A stretch of DNA of 64,000 bases from Tubiluchus corallicola (Eukaryota > Animalia > Priapulida): assembly GCA_030141605.1 (NCBI GenBank), contig JAQGDQ010000060.1, positions 692,516-756,515 of the forward strand, given 5' to 3'. The notes below the pieces were generated by a model. The model ran no database searches. It saw only the letters and a program-made list of their open reading frames with translations, and had not been told where the DNA came from. Shown here one piece after another: positions 12,301-24,740 of the stretch. The stretch's first letter is position 1, and each line of letters begins with the position of its first letter. Position numbers and translations under genes: made by a program.

Positions 12301-14363
12301 AGTTCTCATTTTTACGATTCTCTAAACTGGCTGATAAGGTCCTGCCTCTGTCCCTTGAGGCAGATGGTTTAGCAGGTTCTCCCTGTTGATGCAAAGTGTT
12401 TTATCTAGAGAATGTTTTAGCATGTAAGTGATTAATCTGTGACACCATTTGACACAATAATATGGTAAAGAGTTGGCACTTAAAAATACATTTTATTTGA
12501 ACAGAGAATGGGTAGAGTACTGTCATCACACTTAAGTTGGTACTTCAGCTTATTACCCTAACAGATTGCAAATTTGCATGATCATTTGGATTCCTGATTT
12601 GGAATTGACCTTGTAATGCTTACTACTTGTGTTGTTACTTTGAGCCTCTTATCGTTAATTTGTGCAACGTGCTTTCATAAATACATGCTTTTTCTTCTGT
12701 TTTTGTGCTGTTGCAGTATCAGTATTTTTACCAGAAATTTGTTTAGTTGGGAACTCCAGCCTCCTTTGCTTTAACAGAAACTTCCTTCATTGGTAAATTA
12801 CACTCATATCTCGGTTTGCCAGACAAAAGCGGGGTGACGTAAGTCCGATTGTTTGTATTTACCGATACTAAGTTAACACAGTAGGCGCTGTCTATTAGAC
12901 TCACGGTAACGTAGAATCAATTGCCTAATTGTCTCAAAAACGTCTAGTATGTGCGCATTTCTATGCAAAAGTATACAAAAACTGTCGGCAATTGACTCAA
13001 ATCACATAATTGACTCTAAATTTTTATATAGATATACACTTGATTACACTGAGGTAATATGTAAACAAAGTTATGGTCCGCCAACTTAGCGGACAGCTCG
13101 CGAAACAGCGGACGGTGTTCATAGTAAGCGAGACTTTTACAGTCTAAATTTTGTCTGACTCTTGCGATATCCATAAAAGCGAGGCCCGGCAAACCGAGAT
13201 ATGAGGTTACTCAGAAGTGTTATATATAGGTTTTTAGATCTGTACTCACATTTCATTTTGAGTGTACTTCTTACCTGGTGCAGTAAAACTGTACGAATTT
13301 GAGGCAAATTGTACAAAACAAAATTTATTTTTCATTAACCCACTTCCTGCAGTACTTAATATACATTCACAGCAGCACGCAAGATGAGGGTATGCATGAT
13401 TGGTTAAGATATGTGTGACATGCTGTTTAAAACATAAAATTAGAGATTTATAGATTGGATCAGTATTATATTGTGTGCTAGGTGAAATGTATATTGTTAC
13501 TCTGTTTGTGTTTGCTATTTTAAAATATCACATTTTGTTATCAGTAAGTTTGTGAGTTAATAAACTCAGTTTGTGTAAGAGTTAGTGAGTTTGCATGAGC
13601 TCATTTTGAAAAAATCTACTTTTTTTTTGGTAATCTAGTAAAAGGAATAAATTCCGGGTTTTATTAATGACACGCATTACAGTTGTTTATTTATCATTTG
13701 TTTATCATTTTTACTTGCAGATGGGTCGTTTAACGTTATTGATTAGGTTTTGATATAGGAGAATTAAGGCAGTAGTATACATAATTGAAAGATAAAAACA
13801 TCAAAAACAATTTGGAACTAAGTCTAGGAGGAAACATAAGGCTTTTGCGTCTGAGTCACAAGCTCAACATTTTAGACTATTTGTGTACATAGATCATTCT
13901 AGATTCAGTCGCTGATTCTAGATGAGCTCGGTGATTCTTCATGTATTTTCTAGTTTTTACTCGTATTATTTACTAACCAATTAGATCAATTTTTTTTATT
14001 AATTTGAGTTCTACTAAGAAGTTGATGAGTGCTTTACTATCACGGAAACCTGCATGAGCTTCAGTGCCAAAATGTTATATTTTCAAGTCTGTAATGCAAA
14101 ATAGTTGATTCAAATGACTCACATATATAAAATTTGTAACTCCTTGGTTCAAATGCAAACTCGGTTAAACATTTTTTGTTTCTTTGTATTTTTCCATAAT
14201 TGCTTAAAAATGATTATAATTGTGTACTTATTTTATTTTAAAAGTTAATTCTCTTGTAATTACGTTCTATATAATTGTTTCAGCTGTATTCGGAGTCAGC
14301 AAATACGTTTATTACGGACGTCATTCAGAAGGAAATAGATTTATACGCAACCACGATTTGTGA
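6328..14363 (+). CDS. LRMDA: Leucine-rich melanocyte differentiation-associated protein (C10orf11 orthologue), 283 aa; coding exons 6328-6510, 7301-7401, 7519-7648, 9635-9774, 11449-11578, 12204-12291, 14284-14363
   Basis: The exons total 852 nt and splice in frame. The translation contains TQ|[43 protein letters not shown]|[42 protein letters not shown] and [19 protein letters not shown], which match vertebrate LRMDA motifs in order. All introns are GT-AG except one AT-AC. A 5' UTR exon probably ends at the donor AAG|GTAAGA at 2051. The start Met is uncertain. Confidence 0.93.
7649..9634 (+). other. U12-type (minor spliceosome) AT-AC intron of LRMDA, phase 0
   Basis: The 5' end is ATATCCTTTT at 7649, the branch box TTTCCTTAAC is at 9615-9624 and the terminal AC is at 9633-9634. 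Removing it joins ...LNKNQ to ITDIESFL... in frame. Confidence 0.93.
7725..8156. mobile_element. pogo/Tigger-like MITE inside the U12 intron
   Basis: TIR CAGTGTTCCCTC at both ends with TA on each side. A second, truncated copy lies at 44025-44178. Confidence 0.85.
9778..10898 (+). repeat. 56-bp minisatellite, ~20 copies
   Basis: Unit CTACAAGATCTCCTTTATTGCCTTTGCTCGGGTGTTTATTAATGTGTATCTACAAA. The array starts immediately after the LRMDA donor at 9775. Confidence 0.97.
12801..13207. mobile_element. Tc1/pogo-like MITE family A, copy 1
   Basis: TIR CACTCATATCTCGGTTTGCC / GGCAAACCGAGATATGAG with TA flanks. Homologous to 29841-30505 and 43407-43805. Confidence 0.85.
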
Positions 14364-14729
14364 TGATGCATAATCGGTTAATGTTGAAAACTACGATCGA
14401 CTATGGTGCAATAATTAGCATGCGTTAGATAATCATGAATCGTTCAAAACTGACTGCTTTTGTTTAGTTTGTAGTTTTTACATTTTGTGCGTTTTCTATA
14501 AATGTATATGAGGTAAAGTATTTTGTGTTGTTTTCATGACACTGGTGCTCAGAACTGGTTAAGATTTAAAGATAGTTTATTTTTTCTTTACAAATCATTT
14601 TACTGTAATTCATTTGCAGCTTAATTACGAAGAACTTTTGTGTGCTTAGGAAGTACTGTTTTTAACTTCGCTTGTTCATTTCAAGTAATAATGCATGTAG
14701 TAGCTTCATGTTTGAAGAAGGCTGGAAAG

Positions 14730-14846
14730 AAGCCTTTTCACGGTTCCAGCGATTAATGATGATTGTGACAAGGTCAAAGGTTAACTGTACCAGACAACGC
14801 ATTTGTGTACACTTGACAACACCTCGCAGCCCATGCTGTTGTAATA
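14730..14846 (+). repeat. Unclassified interspersed repeat, second copy at 23480-23601
   Basis: Both copies share TTTTCACGGTTCCAGCGATT..ATGATGAT..AGGTCAAAG..AGACAACGCATTTGTGTACA..CAGCCCAT..TTGTAATA. Confidence 0.7.
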
Positions 14847-15170
14847 CAGTAAGTGTCGTTTATTAGACTCACGGTTAATAGGCTCAGTCACTTAATTGAC
14901 TCGAAAACACCTGGAACAGGCCGCTCCTATTGATATGTATATAAAAACTGTTGGTAATTGACTCAAATAACTCCGCATAACTGGCTCAATATTTTTACTT
15001 GAGTGACCAATGAGTTTTTACTGGTTTTATGTCATCTTTACATCGATATTGTGCACTATAATATACGTAGAAACAGTCATGTTAGATACAGCTTTGTTTG
15101 TAAGCAGGTTCAGTATGTTTATCATGTGCGCTGATATGTTTGCATAGCGGTTTTGCTTTGAATCTGTCAC
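14847..15170 (+). mobile_element. Partial pogo-like MITE related to the family A interior
   Basis: Starts TA-CAGTAAGTGTCGTTTATTAGACTCACGG. A homologous block lies at ~27075-27355. Confidence 0.6.
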
Positions 15171-15469
15171 ACGCTTATCCGCTGCAGTTAACTGTGAAAA
15201 GGCTTATTCAGTTTGTAAAATCCACTTATGCCTATGTTAGGGATGTAAAAAATCTTTATATAGAAACATATCATTTTGAAAATGTTTTGTGTACTTTAGA
15301 TGAAGACAAGATTACTGTCATGTGAAACTTGACTGAGCTTATGAGAGGTGACAATGTCTTTGTGTAAACTTAACAGCCCTTTTGTTTTTGCTTTAGAAAA
15401 TGTACAGTTATATTGTCGTTGTGGTTATTTTGATAAGCATATTGTACTGACAGATTTGTATTGTTATCT

Positions 15470-16030
15470 TGTTGGTATCCTTCTGTCTTGGAAGACAATG
15501 GAGTGTGCGCCAAGAGAGTCAGTTATTGATCACATTGATGGAGCTGCAGCGTCGACTATGGCTGAGCAATCCGATCCTGGAACCACTGGAGTGGCCTCTC
15601 CAGGGCGCACGCCTGGGCAAGGTGTATGGAGATCCTGAGTTGCCCAGACAACAGGAACCCCCCCCCTCTCTTCCTCCCTGGTGTAGTCCAAAGGAAAGCG
15701 GAGCGATACGTTTGGCACCAGGTTGGCTGCAGGAGCTGCCGGAGTCAGAGAGCATGCTGCACTGGTCCGCCTTCGGGGCTCCACTCTTGATTTGGAAGGT
15801 TTACTCCTCTACACATGGCCGTTGGGTCACTTGACCACCTCCGCCCTCTAGCCGTTGGATGCTTGTGCAGCTCCTCCACCTAATGTCGAGATACAGTGTG
15901 GGCATCCCGCAAGCCTACAACACCTGGTATTCCTAGGCGGTCAGCCATCCAAGTACTAACCAGGCTCTACGTTGCTTACCTTCGGTGATCAGACGAGAAC
16001 CGGTGTTTTCAACCTGGTATGGCCGTAGAC
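15470..16030 (-). mobile_element. 5S rRNA-headed SINE (SINE3-type) with LINE-derived body and RTE-like tail
   Basis: A full 120-nt 5S head (16030-15911) is fused to a ~440-nt body. The body ends in a coding remnant [12 protein letters not shown]...* (RTE-clade C-terminal motif), a short 3' UTR and a CAACA tail. A 13-bp TSD TGTATTGTTATCT lies at 15457-15469 and 16033-16045. Confidence 0.88.
15911..16030 (-). pseudogene. 5S rRNA-derived sequence (SINE head, not a functional 5S gene)
   Basis: GTCTACGGCCATACCAGGTTGAAAACACCGGTTCTCGTCTGATCACCGAAGGTAAGCAACG...GTTAGTACTTGGATGGCTGACCGCCTAGGAATACCAGGTGTTGTAGGCTT. It is full length, but it has no oligo-T Pol III terminator and carries substitutions in box A and box C relative to the usual consensus. 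Confidence 0.9.
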
Positions 16031-17644
16031 AATGTATTGTTATCTACGCACATGCTAGTTGTACAGCTATAATGATTGTTAATTATTTATGTTTTCATTG
16101 GCAGCTCACAGTAACAAAGTTATTAAATCCTAATTTTTGTGTGGTACTTCTATAACACATTCCATCTTACTGTTTTAATTATTAAGTTAATCTTTTGAGA
16201 TCTCGTGCCCACTTTAATTGCTGTATTAGTAAGCTACATAATGTATTAGTGAGTTACATAATGCATTAGTGAGTTACATAATGTGATTTAAGACATATGA
16301 ATTTCATGCATAATGTGTAGTCCTCCTGCAACCAAAGAAATTTTTTCATCAATGTAGCAGAAGGTACTGTCCACAGCAGTTTTCTTGGCATTCATTAGTT
16401 TTGCATTGTTATTGATTTCCGTGTTTTAAACTGATTAAATTTTATTAACTTTACTATACCTGTAGCTTTGATCATCATACCTGTACACCATGCTATGCTT
16501 CTATTCTTGTTGATTTCTCTGCATTGTCTTTAGTTGTAGAATTCTCCTAGTTGTAACTAATGTACACACAAATGTAACACCGTAAAATTGGTTGCTATTC
16601 TTTCATAGTCACTTCAAGTTGTGATGTATGTAGCTGCTAAATGTGATTTGTAATCAGATTATTGTTTTATTGTTATCATTGTTAAAATTAAAATTATTTT
16701 TAGTAGAAAACCTTTTGCCGTGTTTTGTATTTGATTAAAATAAGAACAAAAAGCTTTATTATTTGCATTAACAGACGTTCTAATAATGTAACTGTATTGT
16801 TGTTGTACTTTGAGACAATAACTACAAACAAGTTTTTGCTTGAAGTTCTAATGAGCTGTTTGAATAGTTTTTCTCAAGAGTATTTGAATGAAGTCTTACA
16901 TAGGCATTTCATTCGAATTCTTATGATTAGTTATAATTATTATTGTGACCGTGTACATAATACTGCTGTAACAATTCACATCTTTCACAGCGAGGATATG
17001 TTTATACACTTCAGCACATTGTAAAACTAGGATCCAGCATGCTACTGCATGACCTGTTAAATTTGCAGATTGTTCCAAAAATCAATGATAATCCTCTAGG
17101 GCATGGGGCTAGTATAAGTATCGTAGCCATATTCGAATATGTATACATTATTTTCCCGGAAAGGTAGCTAGTAACTACGACTACTTATCTCATCACAGAC
17201 AAGACAACTTTAAAAGTTACCCATCCATTTGCTAAAACCGGCTCAGCGCTATTCAACTATGATAGCTAAACACACTTGGTTTAATGACCAATAATTATCA
17301 TGTCACATCTGATAGAATATTGCTGAGCCTATGATGGTAGTAGGGGTAGCTTATTTGATGAACAAATAGTGGTCCTTTGCTGCCACTTCTCTTGCATCCT
17401 CCTAACACATTTCATATTTTCATGCACATATTATCGTAATTGTTAATTAGTTATTATAACTATAATCTACCTTGTGTTGTATGTGAATAAGTCTATATGA
17501 GCTTCATGTGCACGTAATAAAAAATTCTTTATTGTCAATATTCAATAGGCTGTTATTGCGGTCGCCTGTAAAATTCTGCATGTCTGCGCCTCTGCTGGTA
17601 GGACATTTTGTAGGGGAGTTCAAGTTTAAGTTTTCAACTTTAAG

Positions 17645-17661
17645 TTTTTTCTCTTTTATCC
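17645..17661 (+). promoter_or_regulatory. TCT/5'TOP polypyrimidine initiator of RPS24
   Basis: TTTTTTCTCTTTTATCC lies about 30-45 nt upstream of the RPS24 ATG, as expected for ribosomal protein genes. Confidence 0.7.
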
Positions 17662-17688
17662 TGACTGTAGACTGAAAAGTCGTGAAAA

Positions 17689-20600
17689 ATGGTTAGTCGT
17701 TAAAGAAAAGTTTAATTAGATTCAGAAATTAACATATGAATCAAAAATTGTTGAAAATCGTTAATGATAGATTCAATTTTTCATTTTTTTCTTAAAATTT
17801 ATACCTTCGTAATTTTCTTTGCAGTTGACATCATGATATGTCGTAATTTGGACAGCCTGGGTACATAATAAATTAATTAATATTAATAATATTGGTTAAT
17901 ATTGATAATAATATTGCCCTACTGGTTAATTTTGAATGGCTTGATACGTCGTTATGGCAAGTTTTGAGATCGTGCTAGACTGCAACAAGTTCTTTGTACG
18001 TGTTCTTCATTGTAGAAATTTCGTTGTTAGACTTAAAAATTATTTTTAGAATAAGCATAACCTTTCTTACACATCGTTATGGTACGGAAACAAAGTAGTA
18101 TAGTCTACATGTCCAGTATTTCCGTTTAGTCCAATTTGGTGTGCATGTGAATAGTGGACACACCGTCTGTATACATTTAGGTGAGCATGACTCTTCACAC
18201 TGTTTTTTGTTTAAATCAATTGCCAGTTTAACGTTTTACTTTAGGGTGAGGCTACAGCAACGATTAGGACGCGGAAGTTTATGACTAATCGTCTTCTGAG
18301 CAGGAAGCAAATGGTTGGTTACTTTCAAGTTTATGTCAAATGAAATTTTCCAGTTTAATGTAATTTTGCTGAACAGTTCTTGAGAATGTTGGCATGGTAT
18401 TGGTCACAGCGTAATAGTTGTAAAATTGCAATTTCTTTTACTGAAAATTTCATGAATAGTGTAACTGTTAAACTTACATGTTATATATATATATATATAC
18501 ATATGCATACAGGTCATCATTCTTAAATCTTACTGTTTTATTTCCACGAATTTCCAAGCAATACTTTACAAGTACTTTTTATGGTTGTCGCAAAGCTGTT
18601 TTTTTTATTTTAGGCTTGGACAATTTTGAGAGATGTACAAATTTGTCCAGATATTCTTAATTTACTTCTGTTATAATGCGTAGTTAGACACTTACTTAAC
18701 TAATTCTGTATATTTGTTGATTCTTATTACTGACAGTTATTTTGTAACATTTTTATTTGTGTTCTTTCTAACCAAAACCTTGAGTAAGTCGGCATAGTTG
18801 AAACTACGTTATGATGCTTCGAAGTGGCCTGCATTAAAAATTGAGTCAAATGTCATTTTTTATTTTTTTACAAATACAGATGCTAAATATATTTCACGTA
18901 AATGTTGTAGCATCAAACATAAAGAGTTAATTTTATAACTTCCTACACATATCTGTGCCTAAAAACTAGTATTGCGTTTGTCGGAAACTCGTATTTTCAA
19001 ACTCCGATAGTAGCTCCTGGAAGGAGTCATTTTGTTTGCGGTTTTTTCTGTTGACAAGTCCAGACTTTCGTTTGGAAGGGCCGTCTACATGATTTAAACA
19101 TGACTTCATTGTACTTTGGTAAAGTCCATAGCAACCACTCTGCTTTCTAAGTGTTTTTCTAGAAGTGCGACAAAAAACAATGGCAACTTTAACAGTGATT
19201 TTCTCAAGATTACATTTTTTAGTGTACAGCCTGCATCTCAACTTCAACATTGATTTTCTCAGCTTAGAAATAACACAGAGTGATATTGATGAGCTTGGTA
19301 TCATAATGATATTCATGAAGTGGAGATTCAGGATATCGTGAATAACTAGAAAAGGTTAATTGCTGACTTGTGGACAATTTCACTATGCAAGCAGACATTT
19401 ACTGTTAGCATCAATATGTACTCTGTTGTTGGCTGTATATAATCAATAGATTATTGGTCTTTAATAAATGTTTTACATAGAAAGTATGAACTCTGAAAAT
19501 GGCTGTCTACAGCTCTAGGGGAGGTCCTCGTCATTCCTTACTTTAAACTTATTGTTTTATTTTGTATTATTAATATAACAACATGTATCAGTTTTAGTTA
19601 GTTTGTTTTGTTTCATCTCACAACTATTATTTTAAACTAGGCTTTATTTAGAGTCATTCTGTGAAAAAAGCCTGCAACTAAACCGTGATTTTAACTTATT
19701 TATGAATGTGTATTGTTGTTATTATTAGTAACTATAATTTATTTGAAAAACGTTTGGAAAGTACACACTGACTTGATTATATCAGAGTAGTAGATTAACA
19801 GACAATTTAAGAAAACAAAGCCGAAAAAAATGCCTCTATAGTCGCAATTTGTATATTTATTTATTGTGCATTAACTTCAAATGTGAATTATATTTGGCAG
19901 GTTGTAGATGTATTACATCCTGGCAGATCCACTGTACCTAAAACAGAAGTTCGGGAAAAGCTTGCACAGATGTATAAAACAACCCCAGACGTGGTATTTG
20001 CATTCGGGTTCAGAACGCAATTCGGAGGTGGGAAGACAACCGGCTTTGCTCTAATTTACGACTCTCTCGACTATGCGAAAAAGTTAGAACCGAAGTATCG
20101 GCTAGCACGGGTAAGAAACGTCACAGGCAGCTTGAAGGTGCGGTGCAGGATTGTATTGTGGTGCAATGCTTGTTTTGGTGCGACTTCGGTGTGATTATGC
20201 TTAGGATGCTATCAGTTTTCTATTGTAGGCTCTGACCGGTATTTTCTTAACAGTGACATCATTGCTCGGGCACGTTGCTTTTTGAAATTTTCTAAATAAT
20301 TTCATTTCATTGAAATGACACAAGGATTTGGAACTTAAAGGAAGACAAGATGATTTTTCATATATTACCGCATTTTCCACAAAAGCGTTTCTGATAATTA
20401 AATAATAGATAAAAAACTTAATTAATGACGTGCAAGTCCAACTATTGATGACGTCACAAACTAACATAATTTTCAACAGCAAAAATATTCCACGAGCGTG
20501 TTGCACGTGTTTGCGAAAGCGAAATTTGAAGTACAGAGTTACAGGCAAGTTCTAAGATAAAAATTCGAGTTTCAAATTTACTGCTATACTCCTACAAAAG

Positions 20601-22501
20601 CTATCGAATGTATGTAATTTGCCACAAACTAACACATCTGAACTGAGAGGTATGGCACCTGTTTTTTGTGCAATGCATTTTTGAAATGCTGGCGCTAGTG
20701 CCCGTCTAACTAGCTAATGGCGAAATGCATGTTACACCGAAGAACTAGTGACGCAAACGTGAAATTGTGTTTGTGTGGTAATAATTATTTCACATTTATC
20801 TCGCATTTTTGAAAAAATAGTATGTTTCCTTTCAATATCTTAAAGAGTAGATTATCTTGACATACAGTATAAGATTGAGTCCGGTTTTGCTTTAAGCAGG
20901 TTATGGGCCCGGGTAGAAGATAGGGCAAATTTAGCTTTGGGCCCTTGGCCTTGGGCATTTTCTGCCCAGATTTAAAATACCAGAACTAGAGCAGTCAGCT
21001 TGTTACTAGAGTTGGACTGGGGGCAGTTTTGAACTCTTGTAAGTTATAAGAGCCAAGCAGAAACGTATAAAATATTTCCGAGTGAGAGATACGGTTGTAA
21101 ACTAGAGGCAGCTACACTTTCAGTGTGATGCGACACTTTCAGCTCATGCTTTAGTTTTAGTGTTGAGGTGATTTGGAATATTCCTGTAATCTGGCCGACA
21201 ATAAAAATACTTCTGTTTCCGTTTAATCGCCCGGGTAATATTTTTTATCACGCACCCATCCGGGAATTTCATAATCTTTTTGTACGTTCATATACTTACT
21301 TGACGCAGTCATAGAAAAGCATATTTTTTAATTTATAACTTAAAACGCAATAATTATTATAGCATTGTTCTATAAAAATATAGCAGGATACTGCCATGTT
21401 TTTCCACGACTAACTCTCGGCCAGGGTTGCCGTTCTGTATGATGCTCATTGTATTGGGGGTTAAAAGTATCGAATTTTCCGCCAAAATGGCCAAATTGGC
21501 TGCTTAATGTAATAATCGGGTGTATAACAATCGATCCGCTTATATTTGCTGCTGACCAGTGGTAAATAAACAAACTTTGATTTCAACTGATTTTAAATAT
21601 TCCACAATTCAGCTTTAAACCTTCACAAAGCTTTAAAAAAATTTGCTCCCTCCCTACTGACTTCTTTTTAGCTCACCGTGTTTATTTGTTCAGACTTTTA
21701 CGTTTCATTAAGCCTTTGCCTAATGGTATTTTGTAAGTTTTTCACATGTTTTGTGCTGACGCAGAAAAAGGCGTTGACACCAGTGGAAGTTAAACGATTT
21801 TTCCTTCACTTTCAGCACGGCCTTTACGAGAAGAAAAAAGTGGCGCGAAAGCAGAGGAAGGAACGTAAAAACAGACAGAAGAAAGTTAGAGGAACGAAAA
21901 AAGCCAAAGTTGGTACCGGCAAGAAGGTAGTTTTTCAATTTTTATTTCTGCTGTTTCTTAAAGAAAACATTGAAAGTTCCTACGCTGTTTTGGCCCTGAT
22001 TGTGTATACATGTCATTGCTAATATTTTGCTTAAGAGCTTTGCTCATTCGTTGATTGTTATTTGCTGCATACCAAAGTATTTAATTCATCAAAGTTTTAG
22101 TAAGTATTAATAACCAATAGCTGACTGATAGTAATATAAATTCAACTGGTGATATCATACTCTTACAAATCCTGCTTTTTTAATAAACTGTAAAATGTTA
22201 AAATTCTGTGGCAGAGTTTATTAAATTTAACTAATAATAAGTCTTACTGTTACCCACTGTCAATTGTTAAATAAAATGGCTGCACCCTGGCCACAGTTTA
22301 CTTCATAATTTACTTTAACTTATTTTGTACCAGTGTTAATGATTTTGTGTTCAAAACTTCGAGAAAAAACCGTTTTATATCATTAATTCTGAGAATTCTT
22401 GTGACTCCATCATGCATTTGCTAAATTGCTTATGAATGTCTGTCGAAATTGCACGACTGCTAAACATTTTTTGGTAATCTTTTAATTTTATACAGAGATA
22501 A
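17689..22501 (+). CDS. RPS24: 40S ribosomal protein S24 (eS24); exons 17689-17691 (ATG only), 18245-18313, 19901-20110, 21816-21926, then either 22496-22501 (AGA TAA) or 24719-24721 (TGA)
   Basis: Translation: M|[23 protein letters not shown]|[70 protein letters not shown]|[37 protein letters not shown]. All junctions are phase-0 GT-AG, and exon 1 has the ATG-only coding part typical of RP genes. Confidence 0.96.
20339..20891. mobile_element. TTAA-flanked non-autonomous DNA transposon (Kolobok-like)
   Basis: Ends TTAA-AG... and ...CT-TTAA with degenerate TIRs. A colinear diverged copy lies at ~59631-60221. Confidence 0.6.
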
Positions 22502-22597
22502 TGAGCTTCTTATCATGGTGGTGGGAGTAAGTAAGCATTGTGTAGACTTTGTGTTTGCATGTTCTTAACGGTCATGTAAAAATATCTCTATATTATT

Positions 22598-23205
22598 TAA
22601 GGCTGTAACGATACACCCAAGTCACGATACGATGCATATCACGATACACATTGAGTTAACGTTTGCTGGCAGTAATAAGAAAAAAACTAGATTAAGTTGT
22701 TGCTTAATCTAATATGTGTGTGTGTGTGTGTGTGCGTGTTTGTGTGTGTGTGCGCGTGTGTGTGTTAGATTTATCAAACTATCTTAAGATTTCTAAGTGC
22801 TAAAATAATTCAGCAAACTGTTTGATTTCTGTTTATATTATTGCATTGTTTGGATTGTAAGCCATCAGAAATGCAAAACAGTTCAATGCTTTTGATTTAA
22901 AATATGTTGGTGCATTTTATAGTCTACATTTGCTGCAAGCCATTTCAGAAACTTACAAGCAAAAACAAAGCCAAGTCTGCTCCCCTGCTAATGCTTTGCT
23001 CACTGCACTGATTATGACCACTGAGTTAAACTCTGTGTAGTGAAACTGCAGTATATTCTACAGCTGTAGCTTGAATTATTTCTCAGTTTTTATCAGCTTG
23101 TGCTAAATATCAATGATTCAGGTTATCACGATACTGGTTCACTTTGATGATACACGTATCGTCACAACAGAAATCACCATGCATCGACGTATCGTTACAG
23201 GCCTA
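22598..23205. mobile_element. hAT-type MITE
   Basis: 17-bp TIR TA(A/G)G(G/C)CTGTAACGATAC. The 8-bp flanks ATATTATT and CTATGATT match at 6/8. It contains a (TG)n tract, and a related copy lies at ~26873-28134. Confidence 0.75.
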
Positions 23206-24718
23206 CTATGATTAGTGTTGATTGCCAGCAACCTGTTTCTTTTCTACGTAAAAACAACATGTTGCATGTATATACATGGCTGCCTTTAATGCAGAATGGA
23301 AAAACACTGAAGTACTGTACCTTTGTGAAATTTTACTTTCTGCATGGTTCATGAGAAACACATCAGTGGTTTTATTAGATAGGTCATTTTACAAAACAAT
23401 TTTGCATGTAGTATAGGAAATTCAGTTATGTAATTTGTCAAGAGACGATGAAGGTGCAGATCGCTCATCTACTGGCAATAAGCTTTTTCACGGTTCCAGC
23501 GATTGATGATGATCATGAAAAGGTCAAAGATTAAGTGTATAAGACAACGCATTTGTGTACAGGACACTTGATAACGCCTCTCAGCCCATACTATTGTAAT
23601 AGTAACAGTTTTAACAGCTAGCTAGAACCTTACCTAGTTCATTTTTCTTGTTCCCAAGCAAGATCCTACTAGCAAATCACTCTATGCACAGACTAATGCA
23701 TAATTAAGTAAAGTTCACATAAAAAACAACTGAAGTTACTGAACTGATGCGGCAGCTGGGTTTGTTTTACCCACGTCACGTCATGGTTGTAGTTAGGATG
23801 CTTTGCTGTGGTACACTTAACCTTTGACCTACAGCAACTGTGCGTGCGCACAACAAAACTGTGAAAAGGCTTATTTATGACCACAAAATTGGACTCAGAT
23901 TCCTCTTAATTATTTGCATAGTTCAGCATGCTAAATTTTTGCACTGAACTGGGCCTTGGCAAATTGTACCCAGTTTGATCTGTGGATTGTCATTTAGCTG
24001 AAAAATTATTTTAGTTTTGTCTTTTGATTGCATGTTGCTTGTAAATTGTAAGAATAAAATTAGAAATAACATTCACATTTAACGGCAGTGTTCTATTAAT
24101 ATCAACATTATCAAAAGTGAGACTGTACGAAAGATCTTATACTTGTTAGAAGTCTACTTTTAAATTTAAAAATTTGAAGCAACATGTTAACGTTGATTTA
24201 GAAGTGTGAATTTTTATTAAAGATTGCACAAAATCTTTTCCTTGTGTGCAATGCAACTTTGAAATACATGTAATGCGCGAGTAAACGTCAGATCTTCTGT
24301 CAAGCCAATTTCTTGTATGATACATTTGCTTACACGTTGAATATTGAGCACCGTTTCTTTTTATGCAAATAATTGCCAAAGAGATCGAATTTGTAAATTA
24401 ACTATTATGTATATAAACTTTTCGCATTTTCATGGTAGGTAAAAAAGAAAGTATAAGAACTATATGTAGTATCAGTTAGCAAGATATGTAATTTGATAAT
24501 GATTTAAGCTAAAGCATTTCACTGTCAGTAGTTTTTCTTGAGGAACATACATAATTGACCGACTTGCATTTTTACTATTTAAATTTCTGACGATAATTAT
24601 CTTTTTTTAAAAATTGGATATTTCGCTAGTTTTCTAAATTCACTTAGTGTATTTTATAATTCTGTACCTCGTGACCTGCATTACTGTATATGTAAGCTAA
24701 TGACACTTTCCTTTCCAG

Positions 24719-24740
24719 TGAGTTGCTGACTGGATCCACT
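24719..24740 (+). other. RPS24: Putative alternative or downstream RPS24 exon beginning directly with a TGA stop
   Basis: A strong acceptor GCTAATGACACTTTCCTTTCCAG precedes TGAGTTGCTGACTGGATCCACT. The exon's 3' boundary is uncertain: either the weak GTAGCT donor at 24741 is used or the exon is terminal. Confidence 0.6.

Noticed and set aside
14730-14846. Duplicated snoRNA (ATGATGA box C) here and at 23480-23601
   Set aside because: No CTGA box D or terminal stem, and one copy is not intronic. It is more simply an interspersed repeat.
15348-15834. Overlapping ORFs of 78-121 aa as host genes
   Set aside because: They lie in the GC-rich SINE body. Only the terminal SRIGLLSH remnant is meaningful.
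15911-16030. Functional 5S rRNA gene
   Set aside because: It has no oligo-T terminator, carries promoter-box substitutions, is fused to a retroelement body and lies within a TSD.
18966-19316. 116-aa antisense ORF nested in RPS24 intron 2
   Set aside because: No recognisable domain or supporting splice structure, and the length is compatible with chance or a decayed repeat.
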